A program made the position numbers and the translations under genes. 64,000 nt of DNA, taken from positions 4,137 through 68,136 of the forward strand of contig CAJFUN010000045.1 of the NCBI GenBank assembly GCA_904420205.1, in the 5' to 3' direction. Below, piece by piece: positions 27,366 through 37,178 of the stretch. Below the pieces are notes generated by a model, which saw nothing but the letters and a program-made list of their open reading frames with translations, was not told the DNA's origin and did not search any database. The first letter of the stretch is position 1; every line of letters begins with the position of its first letter. The DNA is from Candidatus Parachristensenella avicola. Its GTDB lineage: Bacteria > Bacillota > Clostridia > Christensenellales > UMGS416.

Positions 27366-28103
27366 TTACCGCTCATCCTCCCGGCTTTTCAGCCAAAGCC
27401 TTTCCTTTTCCGTAAGCGGGGCCTTTTCCAGAAGATCCGGCCGTAACCTTTGGGTTTTCAGCAGCGACTGCTCCCGCCTCCAAGCGGCCAACCAAGCATG
27501 ATTTCCGGTGAGAAGCACCTCCGGAACCTTCATCCCGCGAAAATCCGCCGGGCGCGTATATTGCGGATATTCCAGCAGGCCGCCTTCAAAGGACTCCTCC
27601 AGGTGTACGTCGCTGGCTCCAACTACGCCCGGGATAAACCGGATCAGGGTGTCTACCAGCACCATGGCAGGCAGCTCTCCGCCGGTGAGCACATAGTCGC
27701 CGATGGAGATTTCCTCGTCGACCCAGGTATCGATCACGCGCTGGTCCACGCCTTCATAGTGGCCGCACAGCAAGATAAGCCCTTGATCGGCGGAGGCCAG
27801 CTCACGAGCGCGCACGTTATTCCATACTTTACCGCAGGGGGAAAGGTAGATCACCGGCGTACCGGGCGCATGCCGGCGTTTCACATCTTCAATGCAATCA
27901 AAAAGCGGCTGCGGCCCCATCAGCATGCCGGCGCTTCCGCCAAAGGGAGCATCGTCTACACGGTGATGCTTATCGGTAGAATAATCGCGGATATTTACCA
28001 GCTCCAGCTCAAAGAGCCCCTTCTCCAATGCACGCCCCGGTACGGAGCTGGCAAAATAGGCGCTAAATACTTCGGGAAAAAGCGTCAGTATGCTAATCTT
28101 CAT
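27366..28103 (-). CDS. trmD: tRNA (guanine37-N1)-methyltransferase
   Basis: The protein is 245 aa. Motifs are MKISILTLFPE, LLCGHYEGVDQRV and SIGDYVLTGGELPAMV. Confidence 0.95.
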   Translation of the reverse strand: MKISILTLFPEVFSAYFASSVPGRALEKGLFELELVNIRDYSTDKHHRVDDAPFGGSAGMLMGPQPLFDCIEDVKRRHAPGTPVIYLSPCGKVWNNVRARELASADQGLILLCGHYEGVDQRVIDTWVDEEISIGDYVLTGGELPAMVLVDTLIRFIPGVVGASDVHLEESFEGGLLEYPQYTRPADFRGMKVPEVLLTGNHAWLAAWRREQSLLKTQRLRPDLLEKAPLTEKERLWLKSREDER

Positions 28104-28629
28104 GGACGGCTACCTCAGAAAAGCGCACCGAATCGACCAAAATGCGGCGCTGCTTCACATCCACCTCGCGGATCACCTGGCGGATTGCCGGCATTAGATA
28201 AACACCTTGGTTTCCGTGAATCTCATAGACATCGTTACCCCCGGGCTGATGCACCTCGGTCACCTGCCCCAGCTGCGCGCCGGTTTCATCCTCCACCCGG
28301 CAGCCGATCAGATCCACGATATAATAGCGATCCTGCTCCAACTGGGGCGCCTGCCCTCTTGGTACCCTGAGTTCGGTCCCTCGCAGCGTCTCGGCAGCAT
28401 TGCGGTCATAGACGCCCTCCAGCTGCGCGATTACCATGCTCCCCTGCAGGCGCTGGTGCTTTACCCGACGGCACACACGCGCACCCTGGCGGTCCGTCCA
28501 TTCCACGGCGTGCAGGCTTAGCCAGTCCTCCGCCTGATCGGTTAAGGGTTGGATCTTTACTTCGCCCCGTATTCCATGGGCTCGGACAATAACACCCACG
28601 GCCAGCGTGGGTGATAAAGACTGTGTCAT
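28093..28629 (-). CDS. rimM: 16S rRNA processing protein RimM
   Basis: The protein is 178 aa. It reads VGVIVRAHGIRGEVKIQPLTD and has a PRC-barrel C-terminus. It overlaps trmD by 11 nt. Confidence 0.9.
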   Translation of the reverse strand: MTQSLSPTLAVGVIVRAHGIRGEVKIQPLTDQAEDWLSLHAVEWTDRQGARVCRRVKHQRLQGSMVIAQLEGVYDRNAAETLRGTELRVPRGQAPQLEQDRYYIVDLIGCRVEDETGAQLGQVTEVHQPGGNDVYEIHGNQGVYLMPAIRQVIREVDVKQRRILVDSVRFSEVAVHED

Positions 28630-28875
28630 TTACAGGATCTCCACAGTATACTTCTTTTTCTCGTTGGCGGTGGCCGATTTCACCACCGTGCGAATGGCCT
28701 TGGCAATCCGGCCCTGCTTGCCGATCACCCGGCCCATATCGTCGGGCGCAACCCGAAGCTCCAGCACTACCGTCTTGTCGCTCTCCACCGTCTTGACGTC
28801 CACCTGATCAGGCTCCTGCACCAGGGAACGGGCGATGTAGCGAACCAATTCCTCTACATTCGCTTTCACGGCCAT
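28630..28875 (-). CDS. KH-domain RNA-binding protein (YlqC family)
   Basis: The protein is 81 aa with VAPDDMGRVIGKQGRIAKAIRTVV (GxxG KH loop). It lies between rpsP and rimM. Confidence 0.9.
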   Translation of the reverse strand: MAVKANVEELVRYIARSLVQEPDQVDVKTVESDKTVVLELRVAPDDMGRVIGKQGRIAKAIRTVVKSATANEKKKYTVEIL

Positions 28876-28878
28876 AAC

Positions 28879-29121
28879 CTATTCGATACCGGCCTTCTTG
28901 ATCAGGGCGCGCACCGTATCGGTGGGCTGAGCGCCGGTCTTCATCCACTTGGTCACTTTCTCAGCGTCCACCTTGAGCTCCACGGGCTCGGTCAGGGGAT
29001 TGTAATAGCCCACCTCGTCAATGAAGCGGCCGTCGCGGGGAGCCTTCACATCGGCCACCACAATACGATAGAAGGGGTTCTTCTTGGAGCCCATTCTCTT
29101 GAGACGAATCTTTACTGCCAT
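28879..29121 (-). CDS. rpsP: 30S ribosomal protein S16
   Basis: The track ORF is 28879..29139. I start the gene at ATG 29121 (GGAGG RBS), giving 80 aa. The N-terminus is [24 protein letters not shown]. Confidence 0.95.
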   Translation of the reverse strand: MAVKIRLKRMGSKKNPFYRIVVADVKAPRDGRFIDEVGYYNPLTEPVELKVDAEKVTKWMKTGAQPTDTVRALIKKAGIE

Positions 29122-29176
29122 TTGGGATCGTACCTCCAAATATGATTTCTATTTCACCGCTATGCGGATGAAAGCC

Positions 29177-30508
29177 TTAAAAAGGAAGCTTCAGCCCCCT
29201 AAGCGCCCGGCGCCGTCCGCCTTTTCCAGCGAATTGCTTCATCATCTGGCGCACCTGCTCGAACTGGCGAATCAGCCGATTCACATCCTGCACCGTGGTG
29301 CCGCTACCGGCAGCTATGCGCTTACGCCGGGAAGCGTTCAGCAGGTCTGGATTACGCCGCTCCCGCACCGTCATGGAGAGGATGATCGCTTCGGTTCGGG
29401 CTATGCCCTTCTCATCTATGTCCTCGGGCTTAATCTTGTTGCCGCCGGGCAGCATGCCCAGCAAGTCCGTCAAAGAGCCCATCTTGCGCATCTGCTCAAA
29501 TTGCTGCAGAAAATCCTCCAGCGTAAAAGAGGATTCCCGCATCTTCTTCTCTAGTTCGGCAGCCTGTTTCTCATCAAAGGTCTGCTGCGCCTTTTCAATC
29601 AGCGTCAGCACGTCGCCCATTCCCAAGATACGAGAAGCCATGCGGTCAGGATAGAACGGCTCGAGATCGCCAGACTTCTCGCCGATTCCAGCGAATTTGA
29701 TGGGCTTGCCTGTGACCGCCTTAACGGAGAGGGCCGCGCCGCCCCGCGTATCGCCGTCAAGCTTGGTCAGAATCACACCGTCGACGCCCAGCCGCTCGTT
29801 AAAGCTCTGGGCCACGTTGACCGCGTCCTGGCCCGTCATTGCGTCTACCACCAGAAGGATCTCCTGCGGCTGCACAGCCTTACGCATCCGATCGAGTTCG
29901 TCCATCAGCGCCTCGTCCACGTGCAGGCGGCCGGCCGTATCCAGAATCACCACGTCATAGCCCATATACCGGGCCCGCTCCACCGCCTTTTGCGCAATTT
30001 CAACCGGATCGGATTGCCCCATCTCAAAGAAGGGAATATCGATATTCTTCGCCACAACGCGCAGCTGCTCAATGGCCGCAGGGCGGTACACGTCGCATGC
30101 CGCTAGCAAGGGCTTTTTCCCCTGCACCTTGCGCAGATGCAGGGCCAGCTTACCGGCCATGGTGGTTTTGCCCGCACCCTGCAGGCCGCAGAGCATATAG
30201 ACGGTGATGGGCTTAGAAGAAAAGGTCAGCTTTGCCGCAGCCGGGCCCATCAGCTCGATCAGTTCGTCGTTTACGATCTTAATGACCATCTGGCCGGGAG
30301 AAAGCGAAGCGGTGACATCGGCGCCCAGCGCTTTTTCTGAAACGCGTTTTACGAAGTCTTTGACTACCGTATAGTTCACGTCCGCTTCCAGCAGGGCCAT
30401 GCGCACCTCCCGCATAGCAACCTTCAGGTCGCCTTCGGAGATACGGCCGCGGCCTGTGATCTTTTTCATCGCCGCCTGAATCTTCTCGCTTAAGCTCTCA
30501 AAGGCCAT
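29177..30508 (-). CDS. ffh: signal recognition particle protein Ffh
   Basis: The track ORF is 29177..30610. I start the gene at ATG 30508, giving 443 aa. GTPase motifs are GLQGAGKTT, DTAGR and TKLDGD. The M domain is Met-rich. Confidence 0.95.
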   Translation of the reverse strand: MAFESLSEKIQAAMKKITGRGRISEGDLKVAMREVRMALLEADVNYTVVKDFVKRVSEKALGADVTASLSPGQMVIKIVNDELIELMGPAAAKLTFSSKPITVYMLCGLQGAGKTTMAGKLALHLRKVQGKKPLLAACDVYRPAAIEQLRVVAKNIDIPFFEMGQSDPVEIAQKAVERARYMGYDVVILDTAGRLHVDEALMDELDRMRKAVQPQEILLVVDAMTGQDAVNVAQSFNERLGVDGVILTKLDGDTRGGAALSVKAVTGKPIKFAGIGEKSGDLEPFYPDRMASRILGMGDVLTLIEKAQQTFDEKQAAELEKKMRESSFTLEDFLQQFEQMRKMGSLTDLLGMLPGGNKIKPEDIDEKGIARTEAIILSMTVRERRNPDLLNASRRKRIAAGSGTTVQDVNRLIRQFEQVRQMMKQFAGKGGRRRALRGLKLPF

Positions 30509-30851
30509 GTTCGCCCTCCCTTTCCCATATCTGCACCGCCTGATCCAGCACGCGGCGAAGCCCTTGCATATCCGGCTCCGCCTCTTCCATAATGCGCTGC
30601 CCCCGGGCAAGCACTTCGCCCAGCGCCAGATGGCGGCTTAAAAGCCCCAGGCGCTGTTCTAAGCTTTCCAGCGTCGCCTCGCCCCGGCGAAGCGCGTCAT
30701 GCACAGCCTGCCGGCTTATGCCCTGCTCCTGGGCAATCTCCGCTAAGGATAAATCTTCGTCGTAATAGCTGACGAGCATTTCACGCTGCCGCCCGGTCAA
30801 AAGGCCGCCATAAAAGTCCAGCAGCCATCCGATCCTGACGTGCTTTTCCAT
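30498..30851 (-). CDS. ylxM: YlxM (UPF0122) putative DNA-binding protein of the SRP operon
   Basis: The track ORF is 30498..30989. I start the gene at ATG 30851, giving 117 aa. It reads LLDFYGGLLTGRQREMLVSYYDEDLSLAEIAQEQGISRQAVHDAL and overlaps ffh by 11 nt. Confidence 0.85.
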   Translation of the reverse strand: MEKHVRIGWLLDFYGGLLTGRQREMLVSYYDEDLSLAEIAQEQGISRQAVHDALRRGEATLESLEQRLGLLSRHLALGEVLARGQRIMEEAEPDMQGLRRVLDQAVQIWEREGEHGL

Positions 30852-30903
30852 GCCGATGTTCCTCTGCCAGCAATTCTGTAAAGGCCGAAGCCTTGACAGA
30901 ATT

Positions 30904-30931
30904 ATTATACCCATTTGCCGGCATTTGTCAA
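30904..30931 (-). promoter_or_regulatory. promoter of the ylxM-ffh operon
   Basis: TTGACA-N16-TATAAT on the minus strand, about 50 nt upstream of the ylxM ATG. Confidence 0.55.
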
Positions 30932-31019
30932 GCCCTCGCCCTTGACAGAAAATCCCCCTTTTCCCTATAGATGATTTTGTCCAGATCATGGAGTCCTTTG
31001 GCCCGGTATCCGCGGACGA

Positions 31020-31048
31020 TTGACTTGCCGAAATTTTCCGTCCATAAT
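31020..31048 (+). promoter_or_regulatory. promoter of the ADH/epimerase pair
   Basis: TTGACT-N17-CATAAT ends 27 nt before the ATG at 31076. An AAAAGGAGG RBS follows. Confidence 0.5.
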
Positions 31049-31075
31049 GGCTAAAAAGGAAAAAGGAGGCCCTTC

Positions 31076-32101
31076 ATGAAACAAGCCGTTATGGTTAAGC
31101 CCGGGGAAATTGTCTACCAGGATGTGCCTGTCCCAGAGGTGCGACCCGATCAGATCGAAGTCAAAATGAAACGAATCGGCGTATGCGGCAGCGACATCCA
31201 TGTCTGGCATGGCAAGCATCCTTACACCTCCTACCCTGTCGTGCAGGGGCATGAGGTCTCCGCGGTGGTCACCCGCGTCGGCTCCGAGGTCACGGATTTT
31301 GCCCCCGGCGACCTTGTCACCATCCAGCCCCAAGTCGTCTGCGGCCGCTGCTATCCATGCACCCATGGGCTGTATAACGACTGTGAATCGCTGAAGGTCA
31401 TGGGCTTCCAGACCACGGGAATGGCCAGCGAATACTTTGTCACCGAGGCCGCCAAGGCGCTGAAACTGCCCGATACCATGAGCTATGACCATGGTGCGAT
31501 GATTGAGCCGCTGGCGGTAGCGGTCCATGCGGTTCGCCGCATACCCGGCGGAGTTGCGGGCAAGTCTGTCTGCGTGATCGGCGGCGGTCCGATCGGAAAC
31601 CTAACGGCCCAGGCTGCCAAGGCGATGGGCGCCCATGCCGTGTTGCTCTCTGAAATTTCCGCCTACCGCATTGAGGCGGCGGCCCGCTGCGGCATCCCGG
31701 TGATGAACCCCACAGAAACCGCCTTAAAGGACGGTATTCTCCAGGCCTTTGGCCCTGACGGAGCCGATGTTATCATTGAATGCATAGGAGGTTCCCGCAC
31801 CATCAAGGAGGCGGTGGACATCGCCCGCAAGGGCAGCGATATCATAGTGGTCGGTGTGGTGCCTGACCTTTGCGCCATCGATATGGGGTTTGTGCAGGAT
31901 CATGAGCTACGCATCTCCGGATCGGCGATGTACCGGGTAGAAGATTACCGGGAAGCCATCCGCCTGGTCGGCGAAGGGCTCATTGAATTCGACGCGCTCA
32001 TTACCCACCATGTGCCTTTCTCCGATTACGCCAGCGCTTATACGCTGATTGAGCAGGCAAAGGACCGGGCGATGAAGGTGATCATCGATATGGAGGCCTA
32101 A
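31076..32101 (+). CDS. Zn-dependent medium-chain polyol/alcohol dehydrogenase (sorbitol-dehydrogenase-like)
   Basis: The protein is 341 aa. Catalytic-zinc motifs are GVCGSDIHVW and GHEVSAVV. The structural-Zn loop is CGRCYPCTHG. The Rossmann motif is VIGGGPIGNL. Confidence 0.85.
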   Translation: MKQAVMVKPGEIVYQDVPVPEVRPDQIEVKMKRIGVCGSDIHVWHGKHPYTSYPVVQGHEVSAVVTRVGSEVTDFAPGDLVTIQPQVVCGRCYPCTHGLYNDCESLKVMGFQTTGMASEYFVTEAAKALKLPDTMSYDHGAMIEPLAVAVHAVRRIPGGVAGKSVCVIGGGPIGNLTAQAAKAMGAHAVLLSEISAYRIEAAARCGIPVMNPTETALKDGILQAFGPDGADVIIECIGGSRTIKEAVDIARKGSDIIVVGVVPDLCAIDMGFVQDHELRISGSAMYRVEDYREAIRLVGEGLIEFDALITHHVPFSDYASAYTLIEQAKDRAMKVIIDMEA

Positions 32102-32103
32102 TC

Positions 32104-32979
32104 ATGCGCTACGGCATCTATTATGCCTATTGGGAAAAGGCCTGGGGCGGCGACTTTCTGCCCTATGTTTCAAAGGTGAAGCGTCTTGGTTTTGACATTC
32201 TCGAGATAGCCTGCGGCGATCTGTACCGGCAACCCGATGGCGCGCTCCGCGAGCTGGGGCAGGAGGCCGCCCGCCAGGGCATAGAGCTCACCGGGGGCTA
32301 CGGCCCCCGGCCGGAGCACAACCTGGCCAGCGTCGACCCCGATGCCGTGACAGCGGCGCTGGACTTTTATCGCACCACCTTCCGTAAAATGCAGTTGGCC
32401 GGCGTCCGCAGCCTAGGCGGCGCTCTGTATTCCTACTGGCCGGTGGATTACAGCCATACGCCTGATAAGGCCGGGGATTGGACTCGCAGCGTGACACGCA
32501 TGCGACGGTTGGCCGCCTTGGCGGAGGACTATGGCATTACGCTGAACATGGAAAGCCTGAACCGCTTTGAAGGTTATCTCATCAACGATGCGCGGGAAGC
32601 CGTGCATTATGTGCGCGCCGTCGATTCGCCCAATGTTAAGGTCATGTTGGATACCTTCCATATGAATATTGAGGAAGATTCTCTCACGGAGGCAATCCGC
32701 CACGCCGGCAACCTTCTGGGGCACTTCCACGTAGGCGAAGCCAACCGCCGCCCACCCCGGCCCGGCGGCCGCATCCCTTGGGCGGAAATCGGCACGGCGC
32801 TTCGCGATATCGGCTACGCCGGCGCCGTGGTAATGGAACCCTTTGTGCTCATGGGTGGTCAGGTCGGCGCGGATATAAAAATCTGGCGGGACCTGTCCGG
32901 CGGCGCGGATACAGACCTGCTAGACCAGTGGGCCGCCGACTCTGTCGCCTACCTTAAAGGTCAGTTCGAGGGGAAATAG
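32104..32979 (+). CDS. ketose 3-epimerase (D-psicose/D-tagatose 3-epimerase family)
   Basis: The protein is 291 aa, 2 nt after the ADH stop. The N-terminus is MRYGIYYAYWEKAWGGDF..GFDILEIA. The four metal-ligand motifs of characterised clostridial D-psicose 3-epimerases, as I recall them, are present: ESLNRFE, VMLDTFHMNIEED, HFHVGEANRR and VVMEPFV. Confidence 0.85.
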   Translation: MRYGIYYAYWEKAWGGDFLPYVSKVKRLGFDILEIACGDLYRQPDGALRELGQEAARQGIELTGGYGPRPEHNLASVDPDAVTAALDFYRTTFRKMQLAGVRSLGGALYSYWPVDYSHTPDKAGDWTRSVTRMRRLAALAEDYGITLNMESLNRFEGYLINDAREAVHYVRAVDSPNVKVMLDTFHMNIEEDSLTEAIRHAGNLLGHFHVGEANRRPPRPGGRIPWAEIGTALRDIGYAGAVVMEPFVLMGGQVGADIKIWRDLSGGADTDLLDQWAADSVAYLKGQFEGK

Positions 32980-33050
32980 CTTTTTCAGCACAGCTTTATA
33001 CTGTGTCCTTTGGCCTGCATGCTGCGCAGTGGGCTTTCAGAGCAGCACCG

Positions 33051-33086
33051 AAAGGGCCGCGGGAATATCCCGCGGCCTTCTTTTAT
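33051..33086. terminator. bidirectional terminator between the epimerase gene and kdpE
   Basis: A 10-bp stem GGCCGCGGGA/TCCCGCGGCC is followed by TTCTTTTATT, and AAA lies on the other side. Confidence 0.7.
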
Positions 33087-33107
33087 TCAGTTGAAACCGC
33101 TTTTTGT

Positions 33108-33803
33108 TTATAAGCGCAGCATCCGGTACCCCACGCCTACATGGGTCTGAATATATTTGGGCTGAGAAGGGTCGCGTTCAATTTTCTTGCGTAGCGTCGC
33201 CATAAAGACGCGCAGCGACGCTACGTCGCTGTCCCAAGAGGTGCCCCAGATCCCTCGGGTGATATAGGTATGCGTGAGCACTTTGCCCACATTCTTTGCC
33301 AGCAGGCACAGCAGCTTATACTCAATGGGCGTAAGGTGCAGCTCCTGCCCACCCAAAAACGCACAACCTGAAGCATAATCGATTTTGAGCTCGCCGTTGG
33401 TAAAAACCGTTTCTTCCGCCTGGGGCGCCTCTCCATAGCTAAGCCGCCGGATCGTGACCCGAAGCCGGGCCAACAGTTCCTCCACCGAAAAGGGTTTGGT
33501 AAGATAGTCGTCGGCGCCTGCGTCCAAGGCCTCAATTTTATCCCGATCCTCGCTGCGGGCGCTGATGACGATAATCGGCATCATTGACCAAGAACGGATC
33601 TTTTTAATAATCTCCACGCCGTCCATATCCGGCAGTCCCAGGTCCAGCAGAATGATGTCGGGCTTTTGCGAAACAGCCTCGAATACTGCCTGAGCGCCGG
33701 TTTGCGCGGTGTGGAACCGGTAGTCCTGCGTCTCCAGCGTCGTAGCGATCAGATTGCGAATCGCCGCATCGTCCTCTACGATCAGGATTAAGGGTTTATT
33801 CAT
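33108..33803 (-). CDS. kdpE: OmpR-family response regulator KdpE
   Basis: The track ORF is 33108..33887. I start the gene at ATG 33803, which overlaps kdpD by 8 nt, giving 231 aa. The receiver reads ILIVEDD..LLDLGLPDMDG, and the winged-helix tail reads YIQTHVGVGYRM. Confidence 0.85.
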   Translation of the reverse strand: MNKPLILIVEDDAAIRNLIATTLETQDYRFHTAQTGAQAVFEAVSQKPDIILLDLGLPDMDGVEIIKKIRSWSMMPIIVISARSEDRDKIEALDAGADDYLTKPFSVEELLARLRVTIRRLSYGEAPQAEETVFTNGELKIDYASGCAFLGGQELHLTPIEYKLLCLLAKNVGKVLTHTYITRGIWGTSWDSDVASLRVFMATLRKKIERDPSQPKYIQTHVGVGYRMLRL

Positions 33804-36501
33804 GGATACTGACCTCCTCTGCCTGCAAGGTAAACCGGAATACTGTACCGTGGGGATCATCATCTTCCACCGAGATCGTTCCGCCATGGGCGGTGATGAT
33901 GGCCTTACACAGCGCTAGACCCAAACCCAGGCCGCGGCGGCTGTCCGCGCCGACCTTGGTGGCCTTGGCCGTATAGAACATATCGAAGATGCGGGCCTTG
34001 GCCTCGTCCGGTATACCGGGGCCGTTGTCGGCAATGCATACCTCCACCGTCTTGCCCTTTGTGGCTGCGCTGATGACAATCTGCGAACCTACAGGCGTAT
34101 ATTTAATCGCATTATCCACAATATTGATGATCACCTGCACAATGAGGCGCGCGTCCATCCGCGCCATGACAAATCCCTGGGGTGGGATCACGCGAATGAT
34201 GTGCTCCGTGCTTTTACGGTTGATATGGCGCAGCGCCTCGGTGATGACCTCCTCCAGCAGCTCCGCCTCCATGGTCAGGTGCATGGTTCCGTCCTCAATG
34301 CGCGTCACTGACAAAAGATTTTCCACCAGGTTAATCAGCCACATGGCATCGTCATAGATATCCATATACAGCTTGTGCCGCTTATCGGCATCCAGGGTAT
34401 CGGCGTTGTTCAGCAACACACCGGCGTTGCCAGATATGCTGGTCAGGGGAGTGCGCAGGTCATGGGAGATGGATCGCAGCAGATTGGCCCGCAGCTGCTC
34501 GTTCTTAGCCTGCATGGCTGCCTCCTCCCTTTTTCGGCTGAACAGGTCCCGCTCCAAAGCCAGGGCGCATTCGCTCAGCATGGACAAAACCAGATTATTC
34601 TCAAAGGCATCCAGGCCGCCATCCCGCAGGTCGATGCCCATCACGCCATATACGCCGTCCGACCCGCGCACCGCCAGATAGAGCCCTAAGGCGCTTCCCA
34701 GCGTATTGGTGGTGGCTCCTGCGTGCTTATTGTTGCGAAAAGCCCATTGGGCTACGGCTTTTTCGTTCTCGGCCAGCAACCCTTCCATGCGTTCGCCTTC
34801 TTGCCCGGCGCTGAAAATCCGAGGTTCGGCCAGGGCGCCTTCCTTGACGCCATAGAAAACCACGCTCTTTCCCAGCAGCTTGATTAGCTGCCGGGCCGTG
34901 GCTTCGGCAATCCCTTCCGGCGTTTTCTCTTGCTGCAGCAGCTGATTGGTTTCCAGCAGCACCTGCGTACGGTAGGCCGTCCTGGCCGACAGCTTGGCTT
35001 GGCTCTTGATTCGTGCGGCCAGGGAGCCGCTAAGAAAGGCGGCAAGGAACATGACGAGGAAGGTAATAGGATAACCCGAATCATAGGCCGTCAGCGAATA
35101 TCGGGGATCAATGAAGAGAAAATTGAAAATTATAACGCTTAGCAGCGCGGAAATGATACTGTAGCTGCGGTTAGATGTTACGATCGCCGTCACCAGCACG
35201 CCCAGAATATAGACCGTAATGATGTTCGCCTCGCTGAAACCCAGCCGCTCAAAGGTCCATCCCAACAGGGTAGCGCCCAGCAGAACTAGGCAGCTTTTCA
35301 CCGTGTCCTGCAGGGTGAAGACCGGCTTGGCATGATAGCGTGACTCTCGGTAGGGCTGGCGTTTGATTTCCGGGATTACGTAGATATCCAGGTTCGGTGC
35401 CAGCACGGTCAGTCTGTCGATAAAGCTCTGGCGGCCCAACATCAGCAAACGGCGCCGGGTATTGCTTCGGCCTACCACCACTTTGCTGGCCCCTGTCAGC
35501 CGGGCAAATTCCGCAATCTGAAAGGGCACGTCGTCGCCGTATACCGTCTCAATGCGCGCCCCCAACTGCCGAGCCAGCTTAACATTGGCCTGCAGGCGCA
35601 GCTTATTCTCTTTGGATAGGTGGCTGAAGGCAGGCGTTTGCACGAACAGCGCGGTAAAACGCCCTTTGAAGGCGTTGGCCATACGGGCCGCTGTCCGCAG
35701 GATCTTTGCGTTGGACGGTGCCGGGGAGAGGCATACCAGAATATGCTCGTCGGCATAATGGCCGCCCTGGGCGGAGGTCAGCTTTGCACGTTCAGCCAGA
35801 CGGTTTACGCGATCGGCGCTGCGGCGCAATGCGATCTCCCTCAGGGAAATCAGATTTTCCACCGTAAAGAAATTTCCCAGCGGCTGCTCTGCCTGCGTTT
35901 TCCCGTAAACCTTTCCGTCGTTCAGGCGCTTAATCAGCTCCTCCGGCTCAATATCCACCAGTTCAACCTGATCGGCATCGTCAAAGACGTGATCCGGAAT
36001 ACGCTCCCCTACCTGCATACCTGTTACGGAGGCAACAATATCATTTAAGCTCTCAATATGTTGAACGTTGACCGTGGTATAAACGTCAATACCGGTTTTT
36101 AGCAGTTCTTCAATATCTTGATAGCGCTTGACATGGCGGCAGTCCTCCGCATTGGAATGGGCCAGTTCATCCACTAAAACAAGCTGCGGCCGCCGGCGGA
36201 TCGCGCCGTCCAGATCAAATTCCCGCAGCGTAATCCCCTTATAGCGGATAAGCAGCGGCTGAAGCTGCTCCAGCCCCTCCAAAAGTTTCATGGTTTGCGG
36301 CCTGGTATAGGGTTCAATGTAGCCGACGACCACGTCTACACCCTGCTTTTGGGCAACGTGCGCAGCCTCCAGCATCGCGTAAGTTTTCCCTACGCCTGCA
36401 GCGTATCCAAAGAAGATTTTTAGCTTGCCTCTGTTCTTATCACGCTCTTGCGGCTCCATCCGCCGCAGCAGCTCGTCGGGCGTTGCCCTCGTCTGCGCCA
36501 T
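33796..36501 (-). CDS. kdpD: full-length sensor histidine kinase KdpD
   Basis: The protein is 901 aa. It has the N-terminal KdpD P-loop domain (FFGYAAGVGKTYAML), a USP-like segment and four TM helices. The H-box is SISHDLRTPLTSI. The ATPase boxes are DNGPGIP and GLGLGLALCK. Confidence 0.9.
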   Translation of the reverse strand: MAQTRATPDELLRRMEPQERDKNRGKLKIFFGYAAGVGKTYAMLEAAHVAQKQGVDVVVGYIEPYTRPQTMKLLEGLEQLQPLLIRYKGITLREFDLDGAIRRRPQLVLVDELAHSNAEDCRHVKRYQDIEELLKTGIDVYTTVNVQHIESLNDIVASVTGMQVGERIPDHVFDDADQVELVDIEPEELIKRLNDGKVYGKTQAEQPLGNFFTVENLISLREIALRRSADRVNRLAERAKLTSAQGGHYADEHILVCLSPAPSNAKILRTAARMANAFKGRFTALFVQTPAFSHLSKENKLRLQANVKLARQLGARIETVYGDDVPFQIAEFARLTGASKVVVGRSNTRRRLLMLGRQSFIDRLTVLAPNLDIYVIPEIKRQPYRESRYHAKPVFTLQDTVKSCLVLLGATLLGWTFERLGFSEANIITVYILGVLVTAIVTSNRSYSIISALLSVIIFNFLFIDPRYSLTAYDSGYPITFLVMFLAAFLSGSLAARIKSQAKLSARTAYRTQVLLETNQLLQQEKTPEGIAEATARQLIKLLGKSVVFYGVKEGALAEPRIFSAGQEGERMEGLLAENEKAVAQWAFRNNKHAGATTNTLGSALGLYLAVRGSDGVYGVMGIDLRDGGLDAFENNLVLSMLSECALALERDLFSRKREEAAMQAKNEQLRANLLRSISHDLRTPLTSISGNAGVLLNNADTLDADKRHKLYMDIYDDAMWLINLVENLLSVTRIEDGTMHLTMEAELLEEVITEALRHINRKSTEHIIRVIPPQGFVMARMDARLIVQVIINIVDNAIKYTPVGSQIVISAATKGKTVEVCIADNGPGIPDEAKARIFDMFYTAKATKVGADSRRGLGLGLALCKAIITAHGGTISVEDDDPHGTVFRFTLQAEEVSIHE

Positions 36502-36550
36502 GCCTTCCTCTCTTTCTATATGCTTATACCATTTTTATCCAATAACGCCG

Positions 36551-37178
36551 CTAGCATGGCGTTACCCTTCCCGCTTTGGCGATCAAATTTCCTTGATACC
36601 TTTGCCGGATGGCTGATATCGCAGGAAAAAGGGATTTGACCAACCGCCGTTCTCCGCCACTTCTCTTGTTCATGCCGTAATGCAGCCGTTTCCCTTCCCC
36701 ATCGATCAGGTAAAAGCCATCCAGGCCATGGAAGCCCGGCAGCCCGCTTCCGTCATGACCCAGCGCAAAGATCGTTTTCCGGCCAAAATTTGCCGCTTCA
36801 GCGGAAAACAAACCGCAGCGGCAGGGGCTTTCGCCGCTTCGCCCAGGCAGATATAGCGGCAATAGGTATCCCCACCGAGTTTTCCTCATATCCTGAAGCG
36901 CTTGCTGCGCATAGCTTGTGTAGAAGTCCGCTAATCTCGCCGACCATCCAGCGCAGTCAATATCTCCTGCGGCTGGGCAGCGCCCATCTTTATCGCATGA
37001 TGCGGCCGAAATCTTGCCCGGATACATTTAACCGCCTGCTGTCCGCCCGTAGGGTGCGCTCGATCACGCTTTCCAATCCGCCAGCGTCACCATTCATTTT
37101 GAATGGGTACCAGCGCGAGATGACGGTCCTCAATAGGCTAAATTCCTGCAGATGCGCTGCCCAGGCAAAGCACTCCCC
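36551..37178 (-). pseudogene. possible decayed gene (protein-like fragments in at least two frames)
   Basis: The track ORF 36551..37027 (158 aa) has no RBS. An upstream fragment in another frame reads ..RWYPFKMNGDAGGLESVIERTL.. and stops at 36990. No intact ORF spans the gap between kdpD and ktrA. Confidence 0.3.

Noticed and set aside
30986-31528. 180-aa minus-strand ORF spanning the ylxM/ADH intergenic region and the ADH 5' end
   Set aside because: It overlaps both divergent promoters and the well-supported ADH gene. It has no RBS and its sequence is not protein-like.
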